Part shown: positions 9,390 to 19,014 of the stretch, piece after piece
Layout of the letters: each line of letters starts with the position of its first letter
Position numbering within the stretch: the stretch's first letter is position 1
Source: Bdellovibrionota bacterium
GTDB taxonomy: Bacteria; Bdellovibrionota; FAC87; UBA2466
DNA: 56,200 bases
NCBI GenBank assembly: GCA_041736915.1
Contig: JBGSST010000241.1
Location: forward strand, 1-56,200
Direction of reading: 5' to 3'
The notes under the pieces: generated by a model
The model's database searches: none
What the model saw: only the letters and a program-made list of their open reading frames with translations
Told to the model about the DNA's origin: nothing
Translations under genes and position numbers: made by a program

Positions 9390-11672
9390 GTGTTCCCCAC
9401 TCAAACCGCCGTCGTAGCGTCCATTGGTTTAGCCCTGCTTTCCGCTTGCTCGGGGCCGCCACCCTCGGCCGAGAGTAAGGAAAAGAATCCTTACGCCGCG
9501 GAATGGGCGGGCACCCGGTGCGAGGTGGTCACGGACCAGCAAGACCTCGTGCACGTGCGCGCGGAGAAAGAGGAAAACGCCTACGCGTGCCTCGGCTACA
9601 CCCACGCCCAGCACCGGGCTTTTCAGATGGATTACCTGCGCCGGATTGCCTCGGGCCGTTTGGCCGAGATCACCGGCACGGACGCGCTGAAGGGGGATTT
9701 TTTTCTCCGACTAGTCGGCCTGCGCGAGAAGGCGCTAGCCCTATTCACGACGATGCCCGAGTCCGATCGCAAGTTTCTATGGGCTTACGCGCACGGGGTG
9801 AACAGTGCGTTCGCCACCGAAGCGGTGAAGCAAGCCTACGAATTTAAACACTGGGAGTATCAGCCCGAGCCATGGCACCCGGTGGACTCACTCGCGGTTC
9901 TACTGCTGGAATCCTTCAACGAAACCCAAGCCTCGTTTTGGCAGGGGCTGAAAGAAGAAAAAGCGCTCGAGCGGTTTGGGCCAAAGGCGCGGGAGCTGTT
10001 CCGGCCGTACGACCTGCCTTGGGACACGCCAATTCTTAAAACGGGCGAAACGTTGCGCGATCGTACGCGGCGTTCGGCCGTGCGTGAGCCAGGTTTCGAT
10101 ACCCGCGAAGGTCAAGCGCCGTGGGCTACGGATGTGAACGTGGCCGAATCGGGAAGCAATAGCTGGGTCATCGGCAAGAGCCGTTCAAAATCCGGGAACG
10201 CGTGGCTAGCCAACGATCCGCATTTGGAGATGACGCATCCGTCGTTCTGGTTCTGGGTTCACCTGGAGTCGGGAGATCTCAACGTGATCGGTTCCACCGT
10301 ACCCGGCGTGCCGGTCGTGGTCGCGGGTTATAACAAAAAGGTCGCCTGGGGACTTACCGATTCTTACGTGGCGGTGGGCGAAGTGCTGGCGGTGTCGAAG
10401 GAAGACACCCATTCGTTCACGACCATTTCGCCCACGGTTTACGTTCGGGTGCTGGGGATGAATTTGCCGATCGGCTTCAAGAAGTTCCAGCGCAGCCCCG
10501 AGGGCTGGCCGGTGTTGCCCATCGATGCGCCCAAAGGAAAAGTGCTCGTGCTTAGGTGGAGCGGCCTTAGCATCTCTTCGATGGGGCTTACCTCATTGCC
10601 CAAGATTCACAAAAGCGGATCGGCCAGTGAAACCGCCGACTGGTTTTCGGGAGTGGAGCTGCCGTCGTGGAACTACGTGTTCACCGATGTGCGCGGCAAT
10701 CTCGGGTACCGGGCGATTGGTCTGCTGCCGGCTTTCGAAGGCGAGCGACCCTTCGGCGTAGCGGACGGCAAAGCCGCCTCATTGGGTGAGTGGAAATTTT
10801 TGTCCAAAGAAGATGGGCCTTACGTCTTCAATCCGAAACGAGACTTCGTGGCTACCGCCAACAATCGGCAAGAGATCGATGCCTTGCCGCAGGACCGCGG
10901 TCGCGCGCACAAATTTTCTTTTCGCGCCTTTCGCATTGAAGAGCTGATTCAGAAACAATCCAAACACGACTTCGCGTCGATGGCGGAAACGCAATGTGAT
11001 TTTCAGGCAACCGACGGCCGCTTTCTCGCTCCCCGGCTCGTGGCCTACGCGGATCGAATCGATCGGCGGCATTTCGGCTGGCAAGAACGGGAAAACCAGG
11101 CCATCGATGTCATTCGCCAGTGGAACTTCGATGCGGGCCCCGGCTGCACCGCGTGCGCGGTTTACTTTCGCTGGCTCGAACGAATTGCCGAAAGTACCGG
11201 GTTGAACATCGTCGCGCTGTACCGCGTGCTCGAAGGACCCAGCGAGTTCGACTTTGCCCTATCGAAAGCACTTTCCAAGGCTTTGGACGATCTGCAGATT
11301 ATCGACTACCGCCCATTCGCCCTCTGGGGAGACATGCACCGGCTCTACTTCCTGCACCCGACGCATTCGCCCGATTTCGAAATGTTTGATTTCTTGAAGA
11401 CGGGTGGATGGGATCACACGGTGAACATGGCGTCGGGCGATTGGGTTGGCGATCACTACCGCCAACGTTCGGGCGCTTCGCACCGGCTGCTCGTAGAGAT
11501 GACCGATCCGCCCACCGGCTACTTCGCCTTGCCCGGCACGTCGATGGATACGGAGCTGAAAGCGATTCGCGACGACAACGGGCCGTGGAGAAAGTGGCAA
11601 GACTGTAAGTATCAAAAAGTGCAGTTCCCGTATGACTGGAACCAGTCCACGCCCAAGGTCGTGACGTTGTGA
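9390..11672 (+). CDS. Penicillin acylase / Ntn-hydrolase family lipoprotein
   Basis: Lipobox LSAC, LGYTHAQHRAFQMD, GSNSW (nucleophile Ser), LANDPHL and TANN motifs. Confidence 0.92.
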   Translation: MFPTQTAVVASIGLALLSACSGPPPSAESKEKNPYAAEWAGTRCEVVTDQQDLVHVRAEKEENAYACLGYTHAQHRAFQMDYLRRIASGRLAEITGTDALKGDFFLRLVGLREKALALFTTMPESDRKFLWAYAHGVNSAFATEAVKQAYEFKHWEYQPEPWHPVDSLAVLLLESFNETQASFWQGLKEEKALERFGPKARELFRPYDLPWDTPILKTGETLRDRTRRSAVREPGFDTREGQAPWATDVNVAESGSNSWVIGKSRSKSGNAWLANDPHLEMTHPSFWFWVHLESGDLNVIGSTVPGVPVVVAGYNKKVAWGLTDSYVAVGEVLAVSKEDTHSFTTISPTVYVRVLGMNLPIGFKKFQRSPEGWPVLPIDAPKGKVLVLRWSGLSISSMGLTSLPKIHKSGSASETADWFSGVELPSWNYVFTDVRGNLGYRAIGLLPAFEGERPFGVADGKAASLGEWKFLSKEDGPYVFNPKRDFVATANNRQEIDALPQDRGRAHKFSFRAFRIEELIQKQSKHDFASMAETQCDFQATDGRFLAPRLVAYADRIDRRHFGWQERENQAIDVIRQWNFDAGPGCTACAVYFRWLERIAESTGLNIVALYRVLEGPSEFDFALSKALSKALDDLQIIDYRPFALWGDMHRLYFLHPTHSPDFEMFDFLKTGGWDHTVNMASGDWVGDHYRQRSGASHRLLVEMTDPPTGYFALPGTSMDTELKAIRDDNGPWRKWQDCKYQKVQFPYDWNQSTPKVVTL

Positions 11673-13087
11673 CGAGCCAAGCGGTTTGGCTTTGGCCGCT
11701 CCTCATTTTTTCGCCGCCGGCCTTGGCCGTCGATTTGCGTTGTCTCGTCCACTTCGCCAACACGTCGGACGGCGAAGCGTTCGACAAGGAGAGTGCGGTG
11801 CGCACGACCCACGCGGAGCTGCTCGAAAGATTAGGCGGCCCCCAGCTGTCGAACGCCACGCTCGACAAGATGATCGCCGAAGAAAAGCCGTTCGACGTGC
11901 CTGAACAGGCGGGACTCGACACCGCCACCCTGCAAAGGAGTTTGAAAGAGCTCGAGCGGATGATGGAGCTCAAGAAGTGGAACACGCCCGAGGTTCGCGA
12001 GCTGTTACTGGCTGACCTTCGTACCTTACGAGCTAAGCGCGACGTGGCGAAGCAGGATCAAAGTAAAGCCGTCGAAGCGGTATGGTCGGACTTTGTCGTG
12101 CCGGGCCGCGTGGGGAGTTACGCGGTGTCGCCCGACTCACGGTATTTGGTTTGGCACGCGGGCGGTCACTCCGGCCGGCCGGCCGTCACCAAGGTTTACA
12201 ATCTGGTGGCTAGGACCGAGGCCGAGTTTCCCCGGCCCGATGTGCAGTTCGGAGACGCGAAGTTTACCGCCGACGGCAAGTTCTTGGTGCAAAGCCTGGC
12301 CAAGTCACAGTTGGCCGTTATTCCGTTCGAGAACGGTCAACCGAACTTTGGTGCGCTCGACATCATCGCCGGACCACCCGAAGCTACCGGCATTACGACC
12401 GAGCCCGTGCACGTGGGGACGGACTCACGCTACGTTTACTCACATTTCACGGCCAACCACATCGTGCGGTGGGACCTAGTCGACAAAACGCATGTAAAGC
12501 TTTTCTATAAAGCGATCCTCGTGAAGAACGAGTCAGTCCCGGGCTTTGGGCCGCTGCCCGGGAGCAGCGATCTGATGTATTTTCTCTTGGGCGAAAGAAG
12601 GGCCAACATCTTGTATATCGCCAAGGTCAGTCCGAAAGGAGAATTGAGTACCGTGGAATCGCGCGGATACTGGATTCGCGGCGAGTCGGGGGCCGACGCT
12701 GCGGCTACCAACATTAAATTCGCCGCCGACGGAAAAAAGATTTTTGCGTACGGAACGAATGGTGTGAGTCAGCTGACGGTGGTGCGACCCGGCAACTCCA
12801 ATCCGGAGACTATCTTCGCCGGAAAGCCGGACGCTTCGCCTGATTCGTTTCAGATTCGCGGGTTGGCTTTGAGCGCCGATGGTACGGCCGGGGCGTTTCT
12901 TTACCTCGCCGAGGCCGGGGAGATGCGGGTCAAGTTATTCGATCAGCAGACGCACGCCGAAAAAGCGGACCTGCCGGTTCACCGAGAAGCCACCGAAGTG
13001 AACCTTACGGCGGACGGCACGTTATTGGTGCGAACCTCGAAATCCGAATTGAAGGTCTACAACCCGGTCAAGTACACGGGCGAGTAG
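11669..13087 (+). CDS. Secreted protein with helical N-domain and beta-propeller; paralog of 20682..22064
   Basis: Signal peptide; SPDSRY, TADGKF, AADGKK and SADG blade motifs. Confidence 0.6.
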   Translation: MTSQAVWLWPLLIFSPPALAVDLRCLVHFANTSDGEAFDKESAVRTTHAELLERLGGPQLSNATLDKMIAEEKPFDVPEQAGLDTATLQRSLKELERMMELKKWNTPEVRELLLADLRTLRAKRDVAKQDQSKAVEAVWSDFVVPGRVGSYAVSPDSRYLVWHAGGHSGRPAVTKVYNLVARTEAEFPRPDVQFGDAKFTADGKFLVQSLAKSQLAVIPFENGQPNFGALDIIAGPPEATGITTEPVHVGTDSRYVYSHFTANHIVRWDLVDKTHVKLFYKAILVKNESVPGFGPLPGSSDLMYFLLGERRANILYIAKVSPKGELSTVESRGYWIRGESGADAAATNIKFAADGKKIFAYGTNGVSQLTVVRPGNSNPETIFAGKPDASPDSFQIRGLALSADGTAGAFLYLAEAGEMRVKLFDQQTHAEKADLPVHREATEVNLTADGTLLVRTSKSELKVYNPVKYTGE

Positions 13088-13579
13088 CTACTGCACCGAG
13101 ATGATATCGAGGTCGCGCATTTTTCCGCGCACGAACACGCTTATCTGATCGCCGGCCGTGGTGCCGAGCAGCGCCTCACCCAGCGGAGACTGCGGCGTAA
13201 TGCACTGAACAGTTACGCCATTGTGCTCGACGGTGATACCGCCGCCCGACGGCATGAGCATGCACCAGGTTTTATGACCGTCTTCGTCGTCCAGCTCCAC
13301 GAGCGCGGTGGACACAATCTTCGATTTCGCGTCGAAAGATTTGATATCCACGTGCTTGAACTGGTTGAGCGTGGCTTGCAGCTCCATCGCCCGCTTGGAT
13401 TGTGCGCCGGCGAGATAAGAGGCCTCTAGTCCACGGGTATCGTACTTATCCTCGGCCTTGCTCTCGGAGTTCACCGCGGCGTCGTGGGCCGCAAGTGAAG
13501 CCTGCACTAATACGGCGAGATCCGCCTCGAGCCGGGCGATGAACTTTTCCAGAATCTCTTTTTTGTGCAGGGGGGCCAT
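13088..13579 (-). CDS. GreA/GreB-family transcription elongation factor-like protein
   Basis: ESKAEDKYDTRGLEASYLAGAQ and ITPQSPLGEALLG motifs; start set at MAPLHKK. Confidence 0.85.
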   Translation of the reverse strand: MAPLHKKEILEKFIARLEADLAVLVQASLAAHDAAVNSESKAEDKYDTRGLEASYLAGAQSKRAMELQATLNQFKHVDIKSFDAKSKIVSTALVELDDEDGHKTWCMLMPSGGGITVEHNGVTVQCITPQSPLGEALLGTTAGDQISVFVRGKMRDLDIISVQ

Positions 13580-13744
13580 GGGATGGCCTTGTATACCAGA
13601 GATATCCCGGCGCGCCATACCGATGTTGGGATCACTCTGACACCTCTTCGCCGCTCGACCCGGTAGAACTTTCCCACGCGCGCCGTTTCATCTGGCGTTT
13701 TTTCGGGTCCCGATTTTGCACTAACAGGAGGCCTGGAGGACAAA

Positions 13745-14086
13745 GTGAAACCAATGTTGAAGTGGAATCGTCGTACGTTCCTGTCGTTAGCGGTAGTAGG
13801 GGGGCTCACCACACTCGCGGTGGTGCTTACCCAACAAAGTAAATCGGGAGTCGCTATTGAACAGCTAGTGTTGGTGCAGGACGAGTTGCGTACCGTCTCG
13901 GCCGCCAACAGCTCTAACGTTTACTTGGACGCTTACGGACAGGTGCATGCGGCGCCGGTCGACCTGGGAGGCAATGTCTACCTCGATAACCAAGGCCAGG
14001 TGCACGCCGCACCCGTTAACCTTGGCAACTCGCACACGTCGCTCTTTGGTGGCGCGCAGTTACCCAAACCTCAACGGCTGGAGTAA
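13745..14086 (+). CDS. Small Tat-signal precursor-like protein with two 18-aa repeats
   Basis: NRRTFL twin-arginine motif and hydrophobic stretch; repeats NVYLDAYGQVHAAPVDLG and NVYLDNQGQVHAAPVNLG; GGAGG RBS upstream. Confidence 0.75.
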   Translation: MKPMLKWNRRTFLSLAVVGGLTTLAVVLTQQSKSGVAIEQLVLVQDELRTVSAANSSNVYLDAYGQVHAAPVDLGGNVYLDNQGQVHAAPVNLGNSHTSLFGGAQLPKPQRLE

Positions 14087-14088
14087 CC

Positions 14089-14604
14089 GTGGGCCGCGCT
14101 AAAAAAGCGGCGGTAGGTCTACTGTTGGCCGGTCACGGAGCCATGGTCATCGCCGGGGTTTTCCAGGTGGTACCTTTCCGTGACCGGGCCTTCGGTCAGC
14201 TCTTCACCACGCTCAGCATCGTTACCGGAACCCAAACCAACTTCAGCTTCTTCGCTCCGGGCGTGGGCTCACAACTCAAAGTGACCTTTCGCGTGCATCT
14301 GCCCTTAGAGACCAAGGAAGAGGTGTTCGCCATTGGCACTCGCGAGGCGGAGCTGCGGATTGGGAACATGATCGACACCTTTTGGGGCCGTAGGGTGAAC
14401 GAAGAGGTGAAGCAGTCGGTCGCCGCCTCGTGGGCGGCCAAAGTTTTTGGCGATCACCCCGATGCCAAGGCGGTCGAGGTTTTCGTGGATGCCTTCGAGC
14501 TGCCGAGCATGGTGGAGTACAAGGACGGAAAGTTACCTCGCTGGGATCGGTTCTATACGGCGACTTTCAAGAAGGCGGGCGGCGATGTGGCGATCCCTTT
14601 ATAG
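14089..14604 (+). CDS. DUF5819/SdpA-like membrane-anchored protein
   Basis: N-terminal TM segment with His; NFSFFAP motif (cf. WxxFAP); lies directly before an HTTM gene. Confidence 0.6.
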   Translation: MGRAKKAAVGLLLAGHGAMVIAGVFQVVPFRDRAFGQLFTTLSIVTGTQTNFSFFAPGVGSQLKVTFRVHLPLETKEEVFAIGTREAELRIGNMIDTFWGRRVNEEVKQSVAASWAAKVFGDHPDAKAVEVFVDAFELPSMVEYKDGKLPRWDRFYTATFKKAGGDVAIPL

Positions 14605-15487
14605 TAAGGCGGATAGGTTTTTCTTGGCGCCGGCCTCCGCGGCGCCGCTAGCGGTGCTGCGAATCACGCTGAGTGGACTCTTGATCGTTCAGGCGTACTT
14701 GTTTGCGGCGCACCTGCACGACATTTACGGCGAGTTCGGCATCATTCAGGCTAAGCTCAATAGCTACTTCGTGGGGCCGCTCCACCTCATCGCCAACGCG
14801 CTGGGGCCCGAGGGGATCACGTACACGTTCTACCTGTACGTGGCGTCGCTGGGTTTTTTGCTGCTGGGCTGGCGCACGAGAATCGCCAGCGTGCTGGTGT
14901 GGGCCACCCACTTCGTCGTGTTCATGAGCCGCGGCCACGTATCGTCGTACGGCGTGGATACGTTTTCGCACATCGCACTCTTCTACCTGATGTTCTTCCC
15001 GTCGAACGGCATGTGGTCGATGGATCGCGCCCAAGGGCGGGCGGTGGATGTTTTCAGCGCGCGCAACCGTTTGGGCATCCGGGTGATGCAGCTGCACCTG
15101 GCCTTCTCGTACCTCGCCACCGGAATCGCCAAGGCGCAGGGGGCGCAGTGGTGGAACGGTGAGGTGATCTGGCGCGCCACGATGCTGCCGGAGTTTCGTC
15201 AGTTCGACTTCAGCTGGATAGTGAGCATGCCGTGGCTGGCGAAAGCGTTGGCGCTTTCCACGCTGGTGCTGGAGATTGGTTACGCGATTTTCATCTGGCC
15301 GCGGGCCACGCGTAAGGTGTGGGCCTGGAGCACCATCGCCTTGCACTTGGGAATTCTGGTGTGCCTCGGCCTCACGACGTTCTCGCTCGTGATGATGGCG
15401 CTAAACTTTTCGCTCTTCGTAATTTCGGCGGAGAAGGAACTAATCCTTCCCCGCCTTGCATTACCGAGAAAACCTAAACTGGCTTAG
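14585..15487 (+). CDS. HTTM-domain (SdpB / vitamin K-dependent carboxylase-like) membrane protein
   Basis: LAVLRI, LLLGWRTR, YGVD, WSMD, QLHLAFSYLATGIAK...WWNG, LEIG and LHLGI...FSLVM motifs; ATG 14585 overlaps the upstream gene. Confidence 0.85.
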   Translation: MWRSLYSKADRFFLAPASAAPLAVLRITLSGLLIVQAYLFAAHLHDIYGEFGIIQAKLNSYFVGPLHLIANALGPEGITYTFYLYVASLGFLLLGWRTRIASVLVWATHFVVFMSRGHVSSYGVDTFSHIALFYLMFFPSNGMWSMDRAQGRAVDVFSARNRLGIRVMQLHLAFSYLATGIAKAQGAQWWNGEVIWRATMLPEFRQFDFSWIVSMPWLAKALALSTLVLEIGYAIFIWPRATRKVWAWSTIALHLGILVCLGLTTFSLVMMALNFSLFVISAEKELILPRLALPRKPKLA

Positions 15488-15921
15488 AACATCGAGACGC
15501 CGGAGCCGAAGCTCAAGCTGAGCGCGAAGTTTCCGTAGCCCTGGTTCTGTCCGCCACAACCCTGTTGGCCGTGACCGCGACGATGCCGGCGAGAGCGACG
15601 GCCATTCTGTCCGCAAACCGGGCGCGGCTGGGGTTGCCCGCATCCGCCGCCGAACTGCTGTTGTCCGTGGTCGCCACCACCGTATCCCATGGGCTGGTAG
15701 CCCCCGCCCATCGGATAGCCTTGCGGCATTCCGTACTGTCCGCCCATCTGGGGCATCGAGTAGCCTTGCTGCGGCATCTGGCCGTAGCCAGCTTGCGGGT
15801 AGCCCTGCTGGATCGGCTGGCCGTAACCGCCGGCGCCGCCGTAGGGGTTAGGCATCTGAGAAAACTCCGCCATCGCGGGAACCGCACTCAACATCACAAA
15901 AGCGAATACAAATCGAATCAT
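15484..15921 (-). CDS. Secreted Gly/Gln/Pro/Tyr-rich low-complexity protein
   Basis: Signal peptide (AMA), PQ/GY-rich repeats, GGAGG RBS. Confidence 0.65.
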   Translation of the reverse strand: MIRFVFAFVMLSAVPAMAEFSQMPNPYGGAGGYGQPIQQGYPQAGYGQMPQQGYSMPQMGGQYGMPQGYPMGGGYQPMGYGGGDHGQQQFGGGCGQPQPRPVCGQNGRRSRRHRRGHGQQGCGGQNQGYGNFALSLSFGSGVSMF

Positions 15922-16115
15922 CGTAAAACCCTCCTAGGGGTCGTCTCCGCATTCGTTGCGGTCGACGCCACATCGGCGTCGCACTGACAGTGTGCGATTA
16001 GGGTGCCGTTACGTTTCGATACATTTGGGCGTGCGATCCCGCTACAAATCGCAATAAGTGCCGAAAAGACCGAGATTTGCGGAGCAGTGGCCAATGCTTG
16101 GTCGGTTTGCCGGAG

Positions 16116-16313
16116 TTAGCCCTTTTTCATCCACTGGTCGGTCGGCAGGCCCGCAAAGCCCCAATCGTGCAGCTCGATCTCTTGAATCACGATGTGCGTG
16201 TGCTCGGGTTTTTTACCCAAAACACGCACTAGCGACTCCGTGATGTCTTTGATTAGCTCGGCCTTTTGTTCTTTGGTGGCACCCTTGGTGATTTTCACGT
16301 CTACGAATGGCAT
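16116..16313 (-). CDS. 4-oxalocrotonate tautomerase family protein
   Basis: MPFVDVKIT (catalytic Pro1), EQKAELI and WGFAG motifs; 65 aa. Confidence 0.92.
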   Translation of the reverse strand: MPFVDVKITKGATKEQKAELIKDITESLVRVLGKKPEHTHIVIQEIELHDWGFAGLPTDQWMKKG

Positions 16314-16320
16314 TGGTGCG

Positions 16321-17091
16321 CTACTTTCCCTGGCTCGACGATGAGCTCGCGGCTTTGAGGACGAAGGTGACTTCCACGCCATTCTTGCCCGCGCCATTGG
16401 CTTCCGAGGCTTGCGCCATGAGGATCTGCCCCTTCAAAAACCCCTTCGATATTAGATAACTGACTACGTTGTCCAAACGTTCGTTCGAAAGCTCGAGCGT
16501 TTGCTCCGTGCCGTCTTGGTTTGCCGAGAGGGCAATGAGGCGAACGTAGAGCTGACTCGCCCTGTTCTGCTTGAGGGCCGCGTCGATCTGCGCGCGGGCC
16601 GCGGCAGTCAGCTTGTTGGAACTGGCATCGTAGGTGAGAAACAGCCGCGAGCTGATTCGCCATTCGTTTTCGCTCGCTAGGTCCAAAGGCGGGTGGGTAT
16701 CCGGATCGTCGTAGCCGTGAAACTCGATCTCGATATCGTGCTTGGCCGGCTCTTCGGAGCTGCTCTTTATCTGTTCCGCGGTCACCTTCCACCCGGGGTT
16801 CTTCTCCAGAAACGCTTCCAGGTAAGCCGTGAGGTTCGACGCGGCGACATTGAAGTATTCCGACGTGGCCGGCGTGCGCAGCTTAGCTTGGGAGAAGACG
16901 CCGTAAATGCGGATGCGCCCGATTTTGTCGGTGGAGCGCTCGATGACGGAGTCGATCGCCTTGAGCGTGGACTTGGTCATCTTAGTGGTGCCGGGCTCGA
17001 ACTCCACCGGGGCCCAGGGGCAGGCGGCGAAGCTTTGCGTGCCGGTGGCGAGCAGCATGACCGTCATCCAAAGCGTATTGATTCTGTTCAC
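16321..17091 (-). CDS. Secreted protein with degenerate OmpA-like domain(s)
   Basis: Signal peptide; LSNERLDNVVSYLISKG resembles the OmpA C-terminal LSxxRAxxVxxYL motif. Start uncertain. Confidence 0.55.
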   Translation of the reverse strand: MNRINTLWMTVMLLATGTQSFAACPWAPVEFEPGTTKMTKSTLKAIDSVIERSTDKIGRIRIYGVFSQAKLRTPATSEYFNVAASNLTAYLEAFLEKNPGWKVTAEQIKSSSEEPAKHDIEIEFHGYDDPDTHPPLDLASENEWRISSRLFLTYDASSNKLTAAARAQIDAALKQNRASQLYVRLIALSANQDGTEQTLELSNERLDNVVSYLISKGFLKGQILMAQASEANGAGKNGVEVTFVLKAASSSSSQGK

Positions 17092-17258
17092 GGGCAAACC
17101 TCGATCGGTTGGGGCCAAGAGTTGGTTTAAGGCGTACAAAGACGGAGTACCCACTATTTTACCACTATTCGCCGACTTTGCTCGCGCGCCATGACGCGAT
17201 GCCGTTTTTGACCATTCTCCCCCTGCGCACTAACGTTCAGCTTAACCAGGGGGACCTC

Positions 17259-17730
17259 ATGCGCAGCGCACTTATCACCATTTTTTTCGCCATCTCTTCA
17301 TTCGCTATCGCCGCCGGAAACCGGATCGACTGCCACGACATCGTGAAGGGGGAAGGGGTGACGGTAGAAACCAAAGTCACCTTCGACTCGAAGGGCCCGT
17401 CGCTGAAACACGTGATGAAGCTGGAGTTCAAGGGCAACCCCCCCCATCGGCACCGACACCGCTTTGCTTTCGCCGGGCAAGGTCTGTGGCCTGGAACTCG
17501 ACTTCGCCAAGAACTGTAAGGCGACGGAAAAGTTCGACCCTAAGTTCGGCTATTCCTACAATTTCACCTGCGGGGGTGATGTGAAAAGCGCCGAGCTTTA
17601 TTGCGACGAAGGCTGCCTTACCTCCGCCGGTAGCGGCGCCACGTTCCGCTGCGAAGGGCCGCAGGTCGACAAAAAGTTGAGCGGCGGTGGCTTGCCGTTC
17701 TCGGGGTGTAAGTTCACCAAGGCCGAGTAA
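17259..17730 (+). pseudogene. Secreted Cys-rich protein interrupted by a frameshift in a C8 tract
   Basis: MRSALITIFFAISSFAIA... joins the 17464..17730 frame if C8 (17438-17445) is read as C7. Confidence 0.7.
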
Positions 17731-17745
17731 TTCAAAGAGATTTCG

Positions 17746-17781
17746 GGGCCGGCCTCGTCACAGGGCCGGCCCTTTCCTTTT
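17746..17781 (+). terminator. Rho-independent terminator
   Basis: GGGCCGGCC/GGCCGGCCC stem followed by TTTCCTTTT. Confidence 0.7.
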
Positions 17782-17852
17782 CTCGTCGCGGTGCCCAATA
17801 TCGTCAGTAGAGATGGGCACCCTCTACGTGGTATGAGAGCCGCGGTAATCCT

Positions 17853-18986
17853 ATGAGCTTATTTTCAAAAATCGCCCTGTTGCCCTCTTTGAAGCACGTC
17901 CTCGCGGCGAAGCGCTTCACCACCCCCACCGAGATCCAGGAGTACGCCTTGCCGCTGCTTTTGGCCGGAAAATCCCTGGTCGGCGTTGCCGAAACCGGTA
18001 GCGGAAAAACGCTGGCCTACGCGTTGCCGATTCTTCATCAGCTGAAGATGATGGAAAACAGTGGTAGCCCCGTTGCCAATGACGGCCATCCCCGCGGGCT
18101 CGTGATGGTGCCTACGCGTGAATTGGGCGAACAGGTTTGTAAGGTTTTCAAAGAGTTTACCCACCACACGCGTCTGCGCGTGCGGTCGGCCCTCGGGGGT
18201 ACCGAGTTTCCGGTATCCCGTCGTAACGTTGCGGGCGCGTTCGAAGTCTTGGTCGCCACGCCGGGCCGCCTCGTGGCCTTGCTCGATCGCAACTTGGTGA
18301 ACCTCACCGACGTGCGTACGCTCGTGTTCGACGAAGTGGATCAGATGTTGGATGAAGGGTTTTTGCCCGCGGCCGAACGGATCGTGGCGGGTTGCCCGGC
18401 CGATCGCCAGCTGGCACTTTTTTCCGCTACGGTTTCGCCTTCGGTACAAAAGCTGATGGACGGTATTTTCTCGGGCGTGGAAGTGTTCCGCACCAAGGGA
18501 AGCCATCAGTTCGTACCGACGCTCAAGACCGAGAACAAAGCCGTTCCCGAGAATCGCCGCTTTCCGCTTTTGCAGCGTGAGCTGGCGCTGGAATCCAAAG
18601 GCAGCACGATTATTTTCACCAACACGCGTGAGCAATGTGACCGCGTGGCCCAGGCGCTGATCGACAACGGCTACGACTGTCGCGTGTACCGTGGCGAGAT
18701 GGAAAAATCGGTCCGCCGAGAAAACCTACGCTCGTTCCGCAAGGGCGAAGCGCCCATTTTGATTTCCACCGATCTCGCGGGACGTGGCCTCGACGTGGAG
18801 CACGTGGGCCGGGTCATCAACTACCATTTGCCGTCGACGTTAGATAACTACCTTCACCGCGTAGGCCGTACCGCCCGCGCCGGTCGGAAAGGCGTGGTCA
18901 TCAACTTCGTCACCGAACGCGACGAACCGCTCGTTAAAGAGATCAGCGGGCTGTTCAAGCTCAGCAAAGCGCGCGCGAACGGGTAG
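17853..18986 (+). CDS. DEAD-box RNA helicase
   Basis: PTEIQ, AETGSGKT, PTREL, TPGR, DEVD, SAT, GRGLD and HRVGRTARAG motifs. Confidence 0.95.
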   Translation: MSLFSKIALLPSLKHVLAAKRFTTPTEIQEYALPLLLAGKSLVGVAETGSGKTLAYALPILHQLKMMENSGSPVANDGHPRGLVMVPTRELGEQVCKVFKEFTHHTRLRVRSALGGTEFPVSRRNVAGAFEVLVATPGRLVALLDRNLVNLTDVRTLVFDEVDQMLDEGFLPAAERIVAGCPADRQLALFSATVSPSVQKLMDGIFSGVEVFRTKGSHQFVPTLKTENKAVPENRRFPLLQRELALESKGSTIIFTNTREQCDRVAQALIDNGYDCRVYRGEMEKSVRRENLRSFRKGEAPILISTDLAGRGLDVEHVGRVINYHLPSTLDNYLHRVGRTARAGRKGVVINFVTERDEPLVKEISGLFKLSKARANG

Positions 18987-19014
18987 AACTCTGCCTAAAA
19001 GCAGGGACGTTTCC

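Noticed and set aside
13916-14026. Tandem repeat considered as a CRISPR array or DNA repeat
   Set aside because: Conserved at the protein level only, with no spacers and no cas genes in the window.
14447-14584. Longer start for the HTTM gene
   Set aside because: It overlaps the upstream CDS extensively; family-like sequence starts at ATG 14585.
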